A stretch of 64,000 nt of DNA from Thermoproteota archaeon (GCA_029258835.1 JAPDJY010000006.1:1-64000); one strand, 5' to 3'; shown: positions 20,562-31,689, numbered from the stretch's first letter. The notes: generated by a model from the sequence alone, not told the origin. Program-made: numbers and translations.

Positions 20562-20691
20562 ACCCGACCCACACAACCCCTCTAAAAACCGAAACTCACA
20601 GGGAAAAATCCACCCTAAAAATCTTTTGGAACACCCCACAGGAAACAATCAACACAAAATGCTAACGAGCTGAAAAAGAAAAATTAAAACC

Positions 20692-21447
20692 CTAAATCCC
20701 CGCTTTAACGTCTACGCCACAAGCCCTTCCCTTCTCCGCCTCCCTAATGGCTCTAACCAGCTCTTCAACTCTCGTACGCGTTATACGACCCCTCAACCTG
20801 TCAGCTCCCTCGCATGCAGCCCCCCTAACCCCAACTATGTCCGCTCCAACCCTAACAATTAAGGGCAGCTCCTCCTTCCTCAGTGAGCCAGCCAAGGCCA
20901 CCGTCAACCCCCGCTCCTTCGCAAGGGAAACAAACCTCTCCACACCATCCAAACCCCATAGGTCCAGCAGGCTTAAGCCATCCTTAACAGCGGTGTCAAC
21001 CATCGCCACGTCAGCGCCCGCAGCCTCCACAATGGAGGGAACAAGGAACGGGTCAACAGCCCCAACCATCTCAGCGTCAGCATACCCTGCAAGAACAACT
21101 TTAACCTCAGAGCTAAACTCCTTAACACTCCTCACAGCCTGCTTCGAAAGGTGAACAGCAGAATCAAAGCTCCTCACACCGTAAAGCCCGATTTTAACGT
21201 AGTTTGCCCCGCTCACAGCAGCCCCAAGAGCCGCCAGAGCCACAGTGCCAGGCTTGTCGGGAACATCCCCAACAGTGGCACTAACCTCAATACCCCTCGG
21301 AACCACAGCCCTGATCCTCCGGATCACCCAAGGAAAATTCGCACCCAAACTACCCTCTGCAGGATTCTTCACGTCTATGATATCAGCCCCTCCGGCAACA
21401 GCCTCCAAGGCCTCAAGCTCGTCAACAGGACTCACCAGAAGCATCAA
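20692..21447 (-). CDS. mfnB: (5-formylfuran-3-yl)methyl phosphate synthase MfnB
   Basis: LLVSP, DIIDVKNPAEGSLGA, YVKIGL, DTAVKDG, LAGSL, GVRGAAC. Confidence 0.95.
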   Translation of the reverse strand: MMLLVSPVDELEALEAVAGGADIIDVKNPAEGSLGANFPWVIRRIRAVVPRGIEVSATVGDVPDKPGTVALAALGAAVSGANYVKIGLYGVRSFDSAVHLSKQAVRSVKEFSSEVKVVLAGYADAEMVGAVDPFLVPSIVEAAGADVAMVDTAVKDGLSLLDLWGLDGVERFVSLAKERGLTVALAGSLRKEELPLIVRVGADIVGVRGAACEGADRLRGRITRTRVEELVRAIREAEKGRACGVDVKAGI

Positions 21448-22042
21448 AGCAACCACCACCAGCCTAAACACCACTAACAACAAATAAAATATTTACCTTT
21501 CGTTTAAAGCCATCAATCGCAAAAAGAAGCCCGCACCCAATAACCCCATCCATCCGGCATCCTCAACCCCCCGTCACCATACCAAGGAAAACATCTCACC
21601 CCCCGCATACCCCTCTCAAGATCATACCCGCCAACCAACCCTCGAAAGCCACCACGAGCCTCCACCCACTCCCTCCACCACCGCCCTCAAAACGAAAGGC
21701 ACCCCTCAGCCACCCTGCAAAATGCCGAAGCCACGGAGCTTAAGCGGGAAACCAACTCGAGAAACCAACAAGAAACACCCAAAAACCGGCAATCCACACG
21801 TCCAAAGGCTCCAAGGCCTCCAGCCACAAACCCATGAAAAGATGAAATCACCATCGGAAAATGTCAAAAAGCAATGCAGACTCTACACTCAAGATCATCC
21901 TCATCCCTCAAGAGGTCAGAGGGGTCAGACCTATCATCGTCTGCAAACTAAAAAACAACCCAGAAGCCAATAAAAGTTTCGATACAAAAACCACCCAACT
22001 ATAAAAAGTAATAAAGATAAAAGGGGAGATACCCCGCAAAAC

Positions 22043-24403
22043 CTACTTCTTCTTCCGTATAAGCCTAGGCAGCAACGTCGGGTCAATGATCCTGCTAGGC
22101 TTCCAGCCCCTATCCTTAAGCTCCCTCAACAGATCCTCCTTAAACGTTATAGGAATATCCCCCTCAACCCTGACAAGCTTATGGATATCATCAGGCCAGT
22201 CCTTACCCAAGTACTTCCTCGTTAAGTCAATGTAATGGCTCAACTTTATAGCCCTACCCTTCGTAGTGTCATTCGGCCTCATGCAAAGCTTCGCCGTCAA
22301 CACTATACATTCTTCCATCGTGTCCGCTACAACTATCAGGTGCTCCGGCGTTGGACCAACGTAAACCCTATCACCCGTCCTCGCATCATACACGTACCAA
22401 TCCTCATCTATATCCGCCCTACCAAGGTACTGCCTCCTATACTTCGCCCCATGAGGACCTACTATCACCGGTACACCCCAGAAATTAGTTCCAGTAGCTA
22501 TGCTCGCCGCCTTCTGCGAATAAGCCCCCCACGCCACTCCAACTGCCCCTACGCGGTTTAAAATGTAATCGGCGATTTCCTCGAAGTTACCCCTCAGGTT
22601 TCTTCTGGCGAATATGCTTGCTATCTTTATCGCTGCACCCGTTATATGTGGATTTGAAACACATGACCCAACGTTTACCAGTCCTCCTGCCTCGAAAGCT
22701 CCTGAATATTTTTCGTAGAGTGTTTTTCCTTCTTCATCCCTGTACCTTGCAATGTCCATTGCTGAGCATCCACTAGCAACCACTATGTACCTTCTCTTTA
22801 GGAACTCTTCAGCCATTAAAGCCACTTCGTGTGTTCCCTTAGGATAGTTAGCGCAGCCTACGTAGGCTACGACTCCCGGTATTTCACCGAGAACTATTGG
22901 TGCACCTACCTCTCTTATTTCAGTATCTCTTATTGGTCCTCTACCAGCACGCATCTTATACTTGTCCTCTTTAATCTGCTTTTCAGCTGCCTTCACTATC
23001 AAGTCGTGGATTGGTATTCCCTGTGGGCAGGCTTGACTGCACCTGTTGCATGCGACGCATGGGTCGTAGAGGTCTGCAAGCATGTTTAGGTTGCCTTCGG
23101 CTGCTGCTTTGACCGCGTAGCCTATGGGTAGGTCCTCTGGGCATGCTCTCTGGCATGTGAGGCAGAGGGTGCATTTGGATGCCCATTCGATGAGCTTTTT
23201 CTTGTCTGGTATTACCTTAAACTTCTTTCTTAGTGGTGCGAGTTTCATGGCTACTCTTACGGCAACTTCTCCTGCTTTCTCCGGGTCAGATATGAAAACT
23301 CCGTTATTGGTTTGTTCGAGTGCTCCTTTAACTAGGTCTTCCACTATTTCGTCTGTTGGGTCGTTTGTTCTGTCCGGTAATCCTCCTGCGTTCTTCTCGT
23401 TTGTGGCGATGAATGCCGCCTTTATCCTTCTAGCCTCTAGAATGTTGTCCGTCCTTATGCATTGCTCGTCTACCATGATGACGTCTGGAACTCCTGACCG
23501 GATTATCTTTAGTTGTCTAGCTAGGGAGCCGACGATTTTATACTTGGGGTCGTACCTCGTGAAGTCTATGGCTGTGCAGCATATTCCGCAAACTTCTACT
23601 TCGTCCTCAAGCCTGTGCTCTCTGAGGTAGTCGATGACTCCTATTGCGGGAAGCACGTTGTGGCCTATTGCCAAGACCACGGGTTTGGTTACATCTATCG
23701 TGCCCATCCCTATGTCTACTAGGGGTGCTTCAGGATCTCCCTTCGGGAATCCTAAGGTTACTATCTGGACGAGGTCTGCGACCTCCATTGAGATCTGGTC
23801 CATGAACCCTACGTGAAGAGCCTTGGCTTCGAAATCTAAGTAGTTGCTTTCCTGTCCTGTATGCGTGGCTGAGAGGCAGTGCATAATGTTTTCGTCGACA
23901 TAGTCGAGTACTGGGATGAGGTCTCTCAGAACTTTGGGTCTTACACCACATATGGTTCGTGTTACAGGTGCTTCGACTTCTATCTCGTCTCCAAGGTCTA
24001 TCGGGTAGTCGGGACCATATTTATGGATAAGCTCGCGGAGCAGGTGTCTTGCGTGTCCTGCGTGAGCGGCACAACCCATAAGGCAGGCTAACAAAACAAT
24101 TCTTCCCTGCTGGTCTTCGATATTAAGGCCGCACGCCCCCCTCTTCCCGGCGGTGAGGTCGCAGTGTCCAAAGGTGCATAGGCAGCACCTATCACAGAAG
24201 GGTGCATAAAATGGCCTGTACCTTTTTAAAAGTGTGTGAGCCCAGCTTCTTGTTGTTAGGATGTCCGGGAAAGGTGTTGGTCCTTGCGGCTCCCATTCTT
24301 CTTCCTCTTCTATGATTTCACCTATGTACATCTCTAAGTTTTTGAAGGATGCTATACCTGTTGTTAATGAGTCTGCTTTTATTTTTGCGGCTGGTCTTAC
24401 CAT
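22043..24403 (-). CDS. cdhA: Acetyl-CoA decarbonylase/synthase alpha subunit (CODH)
   Basis: CDRCCLCTFGHCDL, IGHN, GICCT, DEQC, two extra CxxCxxCxxxCP motifs, VGC, SGC, GSCVSN; start reassigned to MVRP. Confidence 0.97.
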   Translation of the reverse strand: MVRPAAKIKADSLTTGIASFKNLEMYIGEIIEEEEEWEPQGPTPFPDILTTRSWAHTLLKRYRPFYAPFCDRCCLCTFGHCDLTAGKRGACGLNIEDQQGRIVLLACLMGCAAHAGHARHLLRELIHKYGPDYPIDLGDEIEVEAPVTRTICGVRPKVLRDLIPVLDYVDENIMHCLSATHTGQESNYLDFEAKALHVGFMDQISMEVADLVQIVTLGFPKGDPEAPLVDIGMGTIDVTKPVVLAIGHNVLPAIGVIDYLREHRLEDEVEVCGICCTAIDFTRYDPKYKIVGSLARQLKIIRSGVPDVIMVDEQCIRTDNILEARRIKAAFIATNEKNAGGLPDRTNDPTDEIVEDLVKGALEQTNNGVFISDPEKAGEVAVRVAMKLAPLRKKFKVIPDKKKLIEWASKCTLCLTCQRACPEDLPIGYAVKAAAEGNLNMLADLYDPCVACNRCSQACPQGIPIHDLIVKAAEKQIKEDKYKMRAGRGPIRDTEIREVGAPIVLGEIPGVVAYVGCANYPKGTHEVALMAEEFLKRRYIVVASGCSAMDIARYRDEEGKTLYEKYSGAFEAGGLVNVGSCVSNPHITGAAIKIASIFARRNLRGNFEEIADYILNRVGAVGVAWGAYSQKAASIATGTNFWGVPVIVGPHGAKYRRQYLGRADIDEDWYVYDARTGDRVYVGPTPEHLIVVADTMEECIVLTAKLCMRPNDTTKGRAIKLSHYIDLTRKYLGKDWPDDIHKLVRVEGDIPITFKEDLLRELKDRGWKPSRIIDPTLLPRLIRKKK

Positions 24404-24680
24404 TTTAACCCTCCATAACTTTTTCCTTATGAGGGGCTCCCGTGGAAATGGGAGTGTAAACTTTGTTTTAAAAGTTTCGTCTATGCTCTTTAACATGCAT
24501 TTTAATCTAATAATTCTCACGTTGCTCTTCCAGTTACAATAGTAGTTTATTTTGAAGCTAAAGGCTGACTACACCATTAATGCATAACTCAAGAGAAAGA
24601 AAGGAAATTTTCCATCCCCACCATTATCCTTCCAAATGATAGTTAAAGCATTAACACTGTAATAAAAAGGAGAGGGGGGT

Positions 24681-25562
24681 TTATAGCCCTAGCTCCTTCA
24701 GATAGATAAAGTGCTTCCCCAAGTTTCCTCCATAGTTTCCGGCTGTTATTTTGACTACGCCAGGCATTTCCATGGCTGCCTTTATTCCGTCCCTCATTGC
24801 TTGCTTTACGACGTCGAGTGTAGTTCCGTTTATCACAACCTCGTAAGCGCTTCCTACTCCTTCAGGTATTTCGCTGTCCTCAACTTGCTCCCTTAATGTT
24901 GGGCATAGTTTATGGTTCGTCGTAGCCTTCATGAACTTATACTTTAACGATCCAACTTTACTGCCGCTTCTGCATATTCCTCCAGGGAAGGGAAGTATCA
25001 CGTTGTCTATCTTCTGTATGGCTTCTACTGCTGCCTCGGTTGCTGCAAGTCCCTTCTCCCAGTCCTCAGCTAGCACCATGAAGTTTCCGCCAGCCACACC
25101 CTTCCTAACCCCCAGCTCCGCCTCCATCTTGAATATGCCTTCCATTACCGGTATCTCGTATATTGTCCTTCCAGCCAGCTCGCTCTTCCTCTGGAAGCCG
25201 TCGCCAAAGTACCTCATCTTCGCTCCGGTATCAAACTTCATTTCAGGATCTTCCATGGCATCAAACACTGCTGTCGTTGGACAGGTGAGAACACACTGCC
25301 CTATCCTGTTAAGTAGCACGTGGTCAAGGTTCTTCTTTGACGCGAAAAACATCACTATTACTCCTGGCCGTCCATCAGGAGTCTCCGATGATGGAACAAA
25401 CTTGTCTATTCCCGCTTCAGCGTCGCAGGCTATGGTTGAAGTTGCATACCCGGTAACCACGGACGCCGCTATCTTAGCCCACTTCTCACTAGCGGCAGTT
25501 ATTAGAACTCTCGCAGCCCAAAGGTTAAAAGCTTCAGCAAAAGTATCTTCTACTTCAACCAC
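24681..25562 (-). CDS. ftr: Formylmethanofuran:H4MPT formyltransferase
   Basis: EDTFAEAF, TPDGRPG, RIGQCVLTCPTT, SGSKVGS, AGNYGG. Confidence 0.97.
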   Translation of the reverse strand: MVEVEDTFAEAFNLWAARVLITAASEKWAKIAASVVTGYATSTIACDAEAGIDKFVPSSETPDGRPGVIVMFFASKKNLDHVLLNRIGQCVLTCPTTAVFDAMEDPEMKFDTGAKMRYFGDGFQRKSELAGRTIYEIPVMEGIFKMEAELGVRKGVAGGNFMVLAEDWEKGLAATEAAVEAIQKIDNVILPFPGGICRSGSKVGSLKYKFMKATTNHKLCPTLREQVEDSEIPEGVGSAYEVVINGTTLDVVKQAMRDGIKAAMEMPGVVKITAGNYGGNLGKHFIYLKELGL

Positions 25563-25746
25563 AAGTTTCCCCTCCTTTCCTAAGTGTGGAAAAACCCTTC
25601 AGAACCCATAAAAGATTCTTGCTCCTAACTTAAGAGGTTTACGTTCAACCATAATTAACCTTTAATCGTGTTCTATTAGGCAGAAACCTTTTTAGGCTGG
25701 GTGGTTAGATGAAGGAGTGCATAAAGCATGTTAAGGGTGAATTGTC

Positions 25747-26583
25747 TTGGAGGAAGTTGTTAAGATTGGTGTGGTTAAGACTGGCAACATTGGTACAGCT
25801 CCTCTTTTAGAGCTTTTGCTGGACGAGAGAGCTGATAGGAAGGACATCGACGTGAGGGTAGTAGGCTCTGGGGCTAAGCTTAACCCCGAGCAAGCAGAAG
25901 AAGTTGCTAGGAAAGTGCTCGAATTTAACCCTAACCTCGTACTTACTGTAAGCCCTAACGCCGCCCTTCCAGGACCAAGTAAGGTTAGGGAGGTACTGGC
26001 TGAAGCAGGTGTTCCAACGATAGTGATCTCCGATGCCCCTGGGAAGAAAGCTAAGGAAGATATCGAAGGAAAAGGTCAAGGGTACATTATTATAAACGCA
26101 GACGCTATGATCGGAGCAAGAAGAGAGTTCTTAGACCCCATTGAAATGGCACTCTTCAACGCTGACGTAATAAAAGTCTTAGCAATCACAGGAGCCCTCA
26201 CGGTGATATACCAAGAAATAGATAAAGTTATAGATGCGATAAAAAAAGGCGAACAGCCCACTCTGCCAAGAATAGTGGTTAATAAGAACGTGGCTGTTGA
26301 AGCCGCAAACTTCAGCAACCCGTATGCAAAAGCTAAGGCGATAGCAGCTTACGAGGCCGCATCCACAGTAGCAGACCTCAACGTTGAAGGCTGCTTCAAA
26401 GTTCAGGAATACGAAAAGTACGTTCCACTTGTTGCAGCCGCACATGAGCTGATGAGGCAAGCTGCTCTACTAGCTGACGAAGCAAGGGAACTGGAAAAGG
26501 CGGGCGACAGCGTCCTGAGAATGCCCCATAAAAAGTCAGGGGAAATAGTTTCAAAGCGCGCTTTAATATCGAAGCCCTCCTAA
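25747..26583 (+). CDS. mtd: F420-dependent methylene-H4MPT dehydrogenase
   Basis: GNIGT, LLDERADR, SPNAALPGP, MIGARREFLDP, AHELMR. Confidence 0.97.
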   Translation: MEEVVKIGVVKTGNIGTAPLLELLLDERADRKDIDVRVVGSGAKLNPEQAEEVARKVLEFNPNLVLTVSPNAALPGPSKVREVLAEAGVPTIVISDAPGKKAKEDIEGKGQGYIIINADAMIGARREFLDPIEMALFNADVIKVLAITGALTVIYQEIDKVIDAIKKGEQPTLPRIVVNKNVAVEAANFSNPYAKAKAIAAYEAASTVADLNVEGCFKVQEYEKYVPLVAAAHELMRQAALLADEARELEKAGDSVLRMPHKKSGEIVSKRALISKPS

Positions 26584-26912
26584 ACCACCTCTACCTCTCC
26601 ACCATTCATCACCCATTTTTTATGAATGCTTCCAAATCCAACTCTCTCCTGTATGCCTTTACATGATTTAGGCTTTTACCTGATTCTTTGAGTTTTCCTG
26701 ATTACTTGTACATTTAATTATGATTGATTATGATTGAGAGGAATTCTCTCTTTTATTTAAATATGATTTATAAGAATTAACTTTTCCTTTCTCTTTCGGT
26801 AAACTTAAAAAGCACGGGGATCTTCTCATTCAGAAAAGGCTTTCTAATCTACACTAGTAGGTCATTTGAAATGTATGTTGAAGTTTATGTTAAAGTTTTA
26901 GGGTGTCCGAAA

Positions 26913-28112
26913 ATGAGCTTGAACATCGAGGTTTGCAAAGGAGTTGGAGTACCCACGTCTCAGCTCGCAATGGAAATGGTTGAAAGGAAAGGGAGAGGTC
27001 ATCCAGATGTAATATGTGACAGGGCGGCCGAGGAGCTCAGTGTAGCGCTCAGTAAGTACTATCTTGAAAAGGCGGGGAGGATTCTCCATTTTAACACTGA
27101 TAAGGCGCTTCTGGTTGGAGGACAGGCTAACGCGGTTTTCGGCGGAGGAGAAGTGATAGAGCCAATGTACTTGCTTCTAGTGGGCAGAGCTGCTCTAAAC
27201 CTGCCTAGTGGCGAAAGGGTTCCAATAGGTAAACTAGTGGTTAAAACAACTAGGGATTGGATATCTAAGGAGTTTCGGTTCCTTGATCCGTTTACTGACA
27301 TAATAGTAGATTACAGAATAAAGCCTGGAAGCGTGGATCTAGTGGAGAACTTCGAGCTTGGAGTAGATGTGCCTAGGGCGAACGACACAAGCTTTGGAGT
27401 AGCCTTCGCGCCTCTAACCGAGACGGAGAGGCTGGTGTACATGACGGAGAAAACACTTAATTCTCCTGAAGTCAAGAAGCTCCACCCTGAGATAGGAGAA
27501 GACATAAAGGTTATGGGTGTAAGACGGAACGACAGGATCGATCTCACCGTTGCATGCGCCGTCATATCAAGTCTAACGCCAGACAAAGACCACTACATGA
27601 ACGTGAAGGAAACAGTTAAGGAGATTGTTTACAAGTTAGCGTCTGACATAACAGAAAAAGAAGTAAACGTAGAAGTAAACACCGCCGATGAACCCGAAAG
27701 AGACGTCTTCTACCTAACAGTAACAGGAACATCAGCAGAGCATGGAGACGATGGACAAGTTGGGAGAGGAAACAGGGTGAATGGGCTGATAACCCCATAT
27801 AGACCCATGACCCTTGAAGCAGCGGCAGGGAAGAACCCGGTAAGCCATGTTGGTAAAACCTACAACATAGCTGCAAGAAAGATAGTGGAAAAGCTCGTTA
27901 AAGAAGAGCAATCAGTAGAGCAAGCATCCTGCTACATAGTTAGCAGAATAGGAAAACCCATAAATCAGCCACAAGCAATAAACATCGAAGTGTACACAGA
28001 CTCTCCCTTAAACGTCATAAGGTCAACGGCTGAAAACATCGCACAGGAAGTCATGGACGAAATGCCATTAATATGGAAAGGCTTCATAGAAAAGCAATAC
28101 GAACTCTTCTAG
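26913..28112 (+). CDS. mat: Archaeal S-adenosylmethionine synthetase
   Basis: [48 protein letters not shown]. Confidence 0.96.
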   Translation: MSLNIEVCKGVGVPTSQLAMEMVERKGRGHPDVICDRAAEELSVALSKYYLEKAGRILHFNTDKALLVGGQANAVFGGGEVIEPMYLLLVGRAALNLPSGERVPIGKLVVKTTRDWISKEFRFLDPFTDIIVDYRIKPGSVDLVENFELGVDVPRANDTSFGVAFAPLTETERLVYMTEKTLNSPEVKKLHPEIGEDIKVMGVRRNDRIDLTVACAVISSLTPDKDHYMNVKETVKEIVYKLASDITEKEVNVEVNTADEPERDVFYLTVTGTSAEHGDDGQVGRGNRVNGLITPYRPMTLEAAAGKNPVSHVGKTYNIAARKIVEKLVKEEQSVEQASCYIVSRIGKPINQPQAINIEVYTDSPLNVIRSTAENIAQEVMDEMPLIWKGFIEKQYELF

Positions 28113-28367
28113 CATAACTCAGCGACCTTTTATTCACGATATAGTTCATTTCAGCATCAAAACAGGAATGCTAGGAAAGAAAACAGGAGGAAAGGGGGAA
28201 AATAGCTACTTAGCATTTAGTCCATTAACGACGCTGCCGGTCTACATCTTGTTCCTCCGCTACCCAGTATCGATTATATTTTTCCGTATTCGAAAATTGC
28301 CCTATGAAAAGGAGAGAAAAAATTAATTAGTTTAGATGGTTAGGTTAAACTTGCTGGTGTGGCCTGT

Positions 28368-28522
28368 GGGCGGGTAGTCTAGAGCTGGGTTGACTGGCGG
28401 AGAACTTGGTATGACACGATGGATTAAACAGGGTCCATCGCGTGATGCCGGCTTCGGGAGCCGGCGGTCCCGGGTTCGAAACGTGCACTGGATTGCACGC
28501 GAGACTCCTGGCCCGCCCACCA
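28368..28522 (+). tRNA. tRNA-Pro(CGG) with three introns (15/16: 28383-28404; 25/26: 28416-28446; 59/60: 28481-28505) and encoded CCA
   Basis: Spliced sequence GGGCGGG-UA-GUCUAGCUUGGUAUGAC-G-CCGGC-UU-CGG-GA-GCCGG-CGGUC-CCGGG-UUCGAAU-CCUGG-CCCGCCC-ACCA folds as a cloverleaf; BHB motifs at the junctions; TTAAA box about 23 nt upstream. Confidence 0.92.
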
Positions 28523-28765
28523 TATTTCTCTTAAGACCTTTTCCCTTAAGATTCCTTTGATTATACTTTATTCACTTTAGCTTGCAAACGGTGCATTTTT
28601 CCCGTTTCAAATGCTTTTTTGTTTGTTAGCAGTAAGCACGTGTTGCTTTTTTGGTCATTTAAAGGTAATATTTTTCACTTTGCATGTTACCTTTTTATTT
28701 TTAGTTTTTCTTGTATTTTCATGTCTTTACGTCTTTACGTGTTCGGTGTTGAGGTGGTGGTGTTA

Positions 28766-29371
28766 TTGAAGTTTCTAGCTCCGACGTGGGATGAAATATA
28801 TTTTCTTACGTTTAAAGTGGCTAGAATGATTTTAGAGGATGGTGTTAACTTCGATGTTATCGTTGGGATCGCTCGTGGCGGCTGGATTGTCGCCCGCATG
28901 ATGTCTGATCTGCTTTCAATTAAGAAGGTAGCCTCTATCACCGTGGAGTTCTACTCGGATATTGGGGAAAAAATGGAAGAACCCGTCGTTTCACAACCCA
29001 TATCAATCGACGTCCAAGCTAAGCGTGTGCTTTTATGCGACGACGTGGCTGATAGCGGTCATAGCCTGCGTGTGGCCATTAACCATCTGAAAGACAACGG
29101 AGTTACCAGTCTTAAAGTTGCTACCTTGCATCTAAAGCCGTGGAGTGTGGTTACCCCTGACTACTATGGGGAGGTTACGGATGCTTGGATAATTTACCCT
29201 TGGGAGCTTTTCGAAAGCGTGGAAAGCCTCTCTAGGAAGTTTGAAGCTAAAGGCTGGACGAGGGATGAGATCGAGCGCTTCCTTCTAAACATTCCAATTC
29301 CATTGAAATATTTAGATCCTTTACTTAAATGGAGAGAGATGTTCATGTTAGCATGGAGGGGTGGGAGGTGA
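28766..29371 (+). CDS. Type I (purine) phosphoribosyltransferase
   Basis: GIARGG, VLLCDDVADSGHSL, WIIYPWE. Confidence 0.9.
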   Translation: MKFLAPTWDEIYFLTFKVARMILEDGVNFDVIVGIARGGWIVARMMSDLLSIKKVASITVEFYSDIGEKMEEPVVSQPISIDVQAKRVLLCDDVADSGHSLRVAINHLKDNGVTSLKVATLHLKPWSVVTPDYYGEVTDAWIIYPWELFESVESLSRKFEAKGWTRDEIERFLLNIPIPLKYLDPLLKWREMFMLAWRGGR

Positions 29372-29943
29372 TCTTGGCTAGCTTGGTAGACGAGTTAAAA
29401 ATTGGAATATGTGGTATTAAGGCTGTATGTATCGACGTTGATGAGGCTCTGAGCACGGCTAGACGTGTTGAAACGTCGCTGGAGGTCACTGTTCAACTTT
29501 TTGACGCTTCGCTTGTTGCCACATGGGAGCACGTTTTCTTTAGCGCTTTAAATGCAGTTAAAGCATTTAATGATGGAAGGAAAATAGCTAGAACGCTTGG
29601 AATGGAGTGCCTCCTCCACATGTCTGGTCAGAGGCAAATAAACATCGCACTGAAAATGTTTGGTTTAAAGCCTAAAATTAGAGAGCTAGGAGCTTTGATC
29701 ATAAGTAAAAGTGAGAAACGCATTAAAAGTGCAATTCAAGAGCTTGTAAACCGCTTAGGAGGCGTAATGGAAGATAGCGTACTCGAGCTTAACTTAGAAA
29801 AGGCTGAGAGGGTAAAGGAAGCCTTCAAGGTAGGGGATGAAGAGCTCGCTGCAGTTAAAACGTCGAAGCGAGAAAACTCTCTTTTTGAAGCGTTGGTTAA
29901 GTGTTGCATTGAAAGAAGTGCCATAATGCTCCTAGAGTCATGA
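29368..29943 (+). CDS. cgi121: KEOPS subunit Cgi121
   Basis: QLFDA..VAT.EH, IARTLGMECLLHMSGQRQI..AL..FG. Confidence 0.88.
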   Translation: MILASLVDELKIGICGIKAVCIDVDEALSTARRVETSLEVTVQLFDASLVATWEHVFFSALNAVKAFNDGRKIARTLGMECLLHMSGQRQINIALKMFGLKPKIRELGALIISKSEKRIKSAIQELVNRLGGVMEDSVLELNLEKAERVKEAFKVGDEELAAVKTSKRENSLFEALVKCCIERSAIMLLES

Positions 29944-30591
29944 TTAACCTCTCTTTAACGGTTTTCCTAGAACCTTCTCTAAAGCCTCTAGTGAGATGGC
30001 GCCTTCCCTAACTATTAATGGTAGCTTTTTTGTTAGGTCCACAACCGTAGACGCTACTCCCTTCGTTCTCCCCCCATCAAGTATTAAGTCTAGTGATGAG
30101 CCTAGTTGGGCGGCAACTTGGTTGGCGTCGGCCGCTGGAGGGGCGCCAGAGATGTTCGCGCTCGTACCAGTAATTGCTCCCCCCACCTTCTCTGCTATTA
30201 ACTTGGGAACAGGGTGATTTGGAACCCTTAAACCTATGTTTTCCTTCCCTCCCGACACCTCTCTTGGTATAGGTGTACGTTGTTCGAGTATAATGGTCAA
30301 CGGTCCCGGCCAGAATTTTTCCGCTAAGGTGAGCGCTTCAGGAGTGAAGTAAGCGATTTTTTCAGCTACATTTAGACTGCATACTAAAATAGGTATCCCC
30401 TTCTCAATCGGTCTCCTTTTAGCTTTCAGTAGCTTTCTGACAGCTTTCTGACTGAATGGGTTTACTCCGAGGCCATAAAGCGTATCTGTAGGATATGCTA
30501 CGATGCCTCCCTTTCTTATTATCTCGGCTGCAAGCTCAGCCGCTTCAGCGAGTTTTCCCCGTTTAACCTTAACTATCTTCGCTTCAGTCAC
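29944..30591 (-). CDS. sua5: L-threonylcarbamoyladenylate synthase, short TsaC-type
   Basis: YPTDTLYGLG, KRRP, WPGPLT, RVP, TSANISG, ASTVVD; no C-terminal SUA5 domain. Confidence 0.92.
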   Translation of the reverse strand: MTEAKIVKVKRGKLAEAAELAAEIIRKGGIVAYPTDTLYGLGVNPFSQKAVRKLLKAKRRPIEKGIPILVCSLNVAEKIAYFTPEALTLAEKFWPGPLTIILEQRTPIPREVSGGKENIGLRVPNHPVPKLIAEKVGGAITGTSANISGAPPAADANQVAAQLGSSLDLILDGGRTKGVASTVVDLTKKLPLIVREGAISLEALEKVLGKPLKRG

Positions 30592-30675
30592 GTTTTCCTC
30601 CTCGCTTCCCGTTTAACCTGTTAAATGGGCGGAAAGAAAAATTTAACTTTTTAGAGGTTTTATTGCCTTCCGGTT

Positions 30676-31689
30676 GTGGTGGCATTGGACACCGCAGTTG
30701 TTCTAGCTGCTGGCATGGGGCGAAGAATGGGCGTTCTCTCTAGGTTTTACCCTAAACCGCTCATTCCCGTGGCTAATAAGCCAGTTATCGATTGGGTTTT
30801 TTCGTCACTTTCAAATGCAGGGGTCAGAAGATTCATAGTGGTTGTTGGGTACATGGGAAGCGTTATTAAACGTCATATTGAACGTTACTTTAGCAATGTG
30901 GACGTTAAATGTGTTTATGCGGATGATTACGTGAAAGGGGCAGGATACTCCCTTCTCGCCGCTGAGGGTTATGTTTCAGGGGATTTCCTACTTAGCCCCG
31001 CAGACTTAATCTTAGACCCCAAAATAGTTTCAGGGTTGATAAAGGCGTCTTCGAGGCTTGGCGTTCCACTTCTCGCTACGGGAAGCGCTAAAAGGCAGGG
31101 AACAGCCATCTCCACTAGTGGAGGAATGTGTGGAAGCGTAGTGAGCATGAAGAAGGGATGCGGGGTTGAGCGCGTTTGCATCGGCTTAGTTGCATTAGAC
31201 TCCTCGTTCTTCAATTGTTTACGAAGAAGCATCAACAATGGGGAGGGAAGTGTTGTTTCAGCATTAGACCTTTACATTAGGGAAGGAGGGTGCCTTAAGT
31301 TTATCGATTTCCCAGAAACATGCTGGTTTGACGTCGACACGATAACTGAAGTTCTAAAGGTAAACAGTTACCTTCTAAACGCCGGCATAATTCCTCAGAA
31401 TAACTTTTATGTTCCCCCCGGTGAAGTATGGTCCCTTTCATGTAGAGAAGAGAGTATTACTCGTTCTACTGTATTTGGACCCGTACTCTTTAACCCGGAA
31501 TGCTCTATTGAGGGATCGAAGCTAGGACCTAACGTCTCGCTTAATGGTGGCGTTTCATGCAAGAAAGCCATAGTTTCTGATGCTGTCGTTTTTGGGAGGT
31601 GTAAGCTGAAGGGGGTTGTAAAGAGCGGCATACTCTTTAATAACATGTTTTTCAGCGAGGGCACCCGCATTGAGCAAGTACCGTGTTAG
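30676..31689 (+). CDS. Sugar-phosphate or polyol-phosphate nucleotidyltransferase
   Basis: LAAGMGRRM, PKPL, WFDVDT, short C-terminal beta-helix-like repeat. Confidence 0.85.
   Translation: MVALDTAVVLAAGMGRRMGVLSRFYPKPLIPVANKPVIDWVFSSLSNAGVRRFIVVVGYMGSVIKRHIERYFSNVDVKCVYADDYVKGAGYSLLAAEGYVSGDFLLSPADLILDPKIVSGLIKASSRLGVPLLATGSAKRQGTAISTSGGMCGSVVSMKKGCGVERVCIGLVALDSSFFNCLRRSINNGEGSVVSALDLYIREGGCLKFIDFPETCWFDVDTITEVLKVNSYLLNAGIIPQNNFYVPPGEVWSLSCREESITRSTVFGPVLFNPECSIEGSKLGPNVSLNGGVSCKKAIVSDAVVFGRCKLKGVVKSGILFNNMFFSEGTRIEQVPC

Noticed and set aside
21490-22040. C/A-rich gap after cdhA as cdhB, an ncRNA or ORF 21722..21973
   Set aside because: No recognisable CdhB motif, no convincing stems, low-complexity translation; probably degraded sequence
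26655-26775. Repeated TGATT / TTATGATTGA words upstream of mat
   Set aside because: Short words in AT-rich DNA with irregular spacing; could be an operator but not distinguishable from chance
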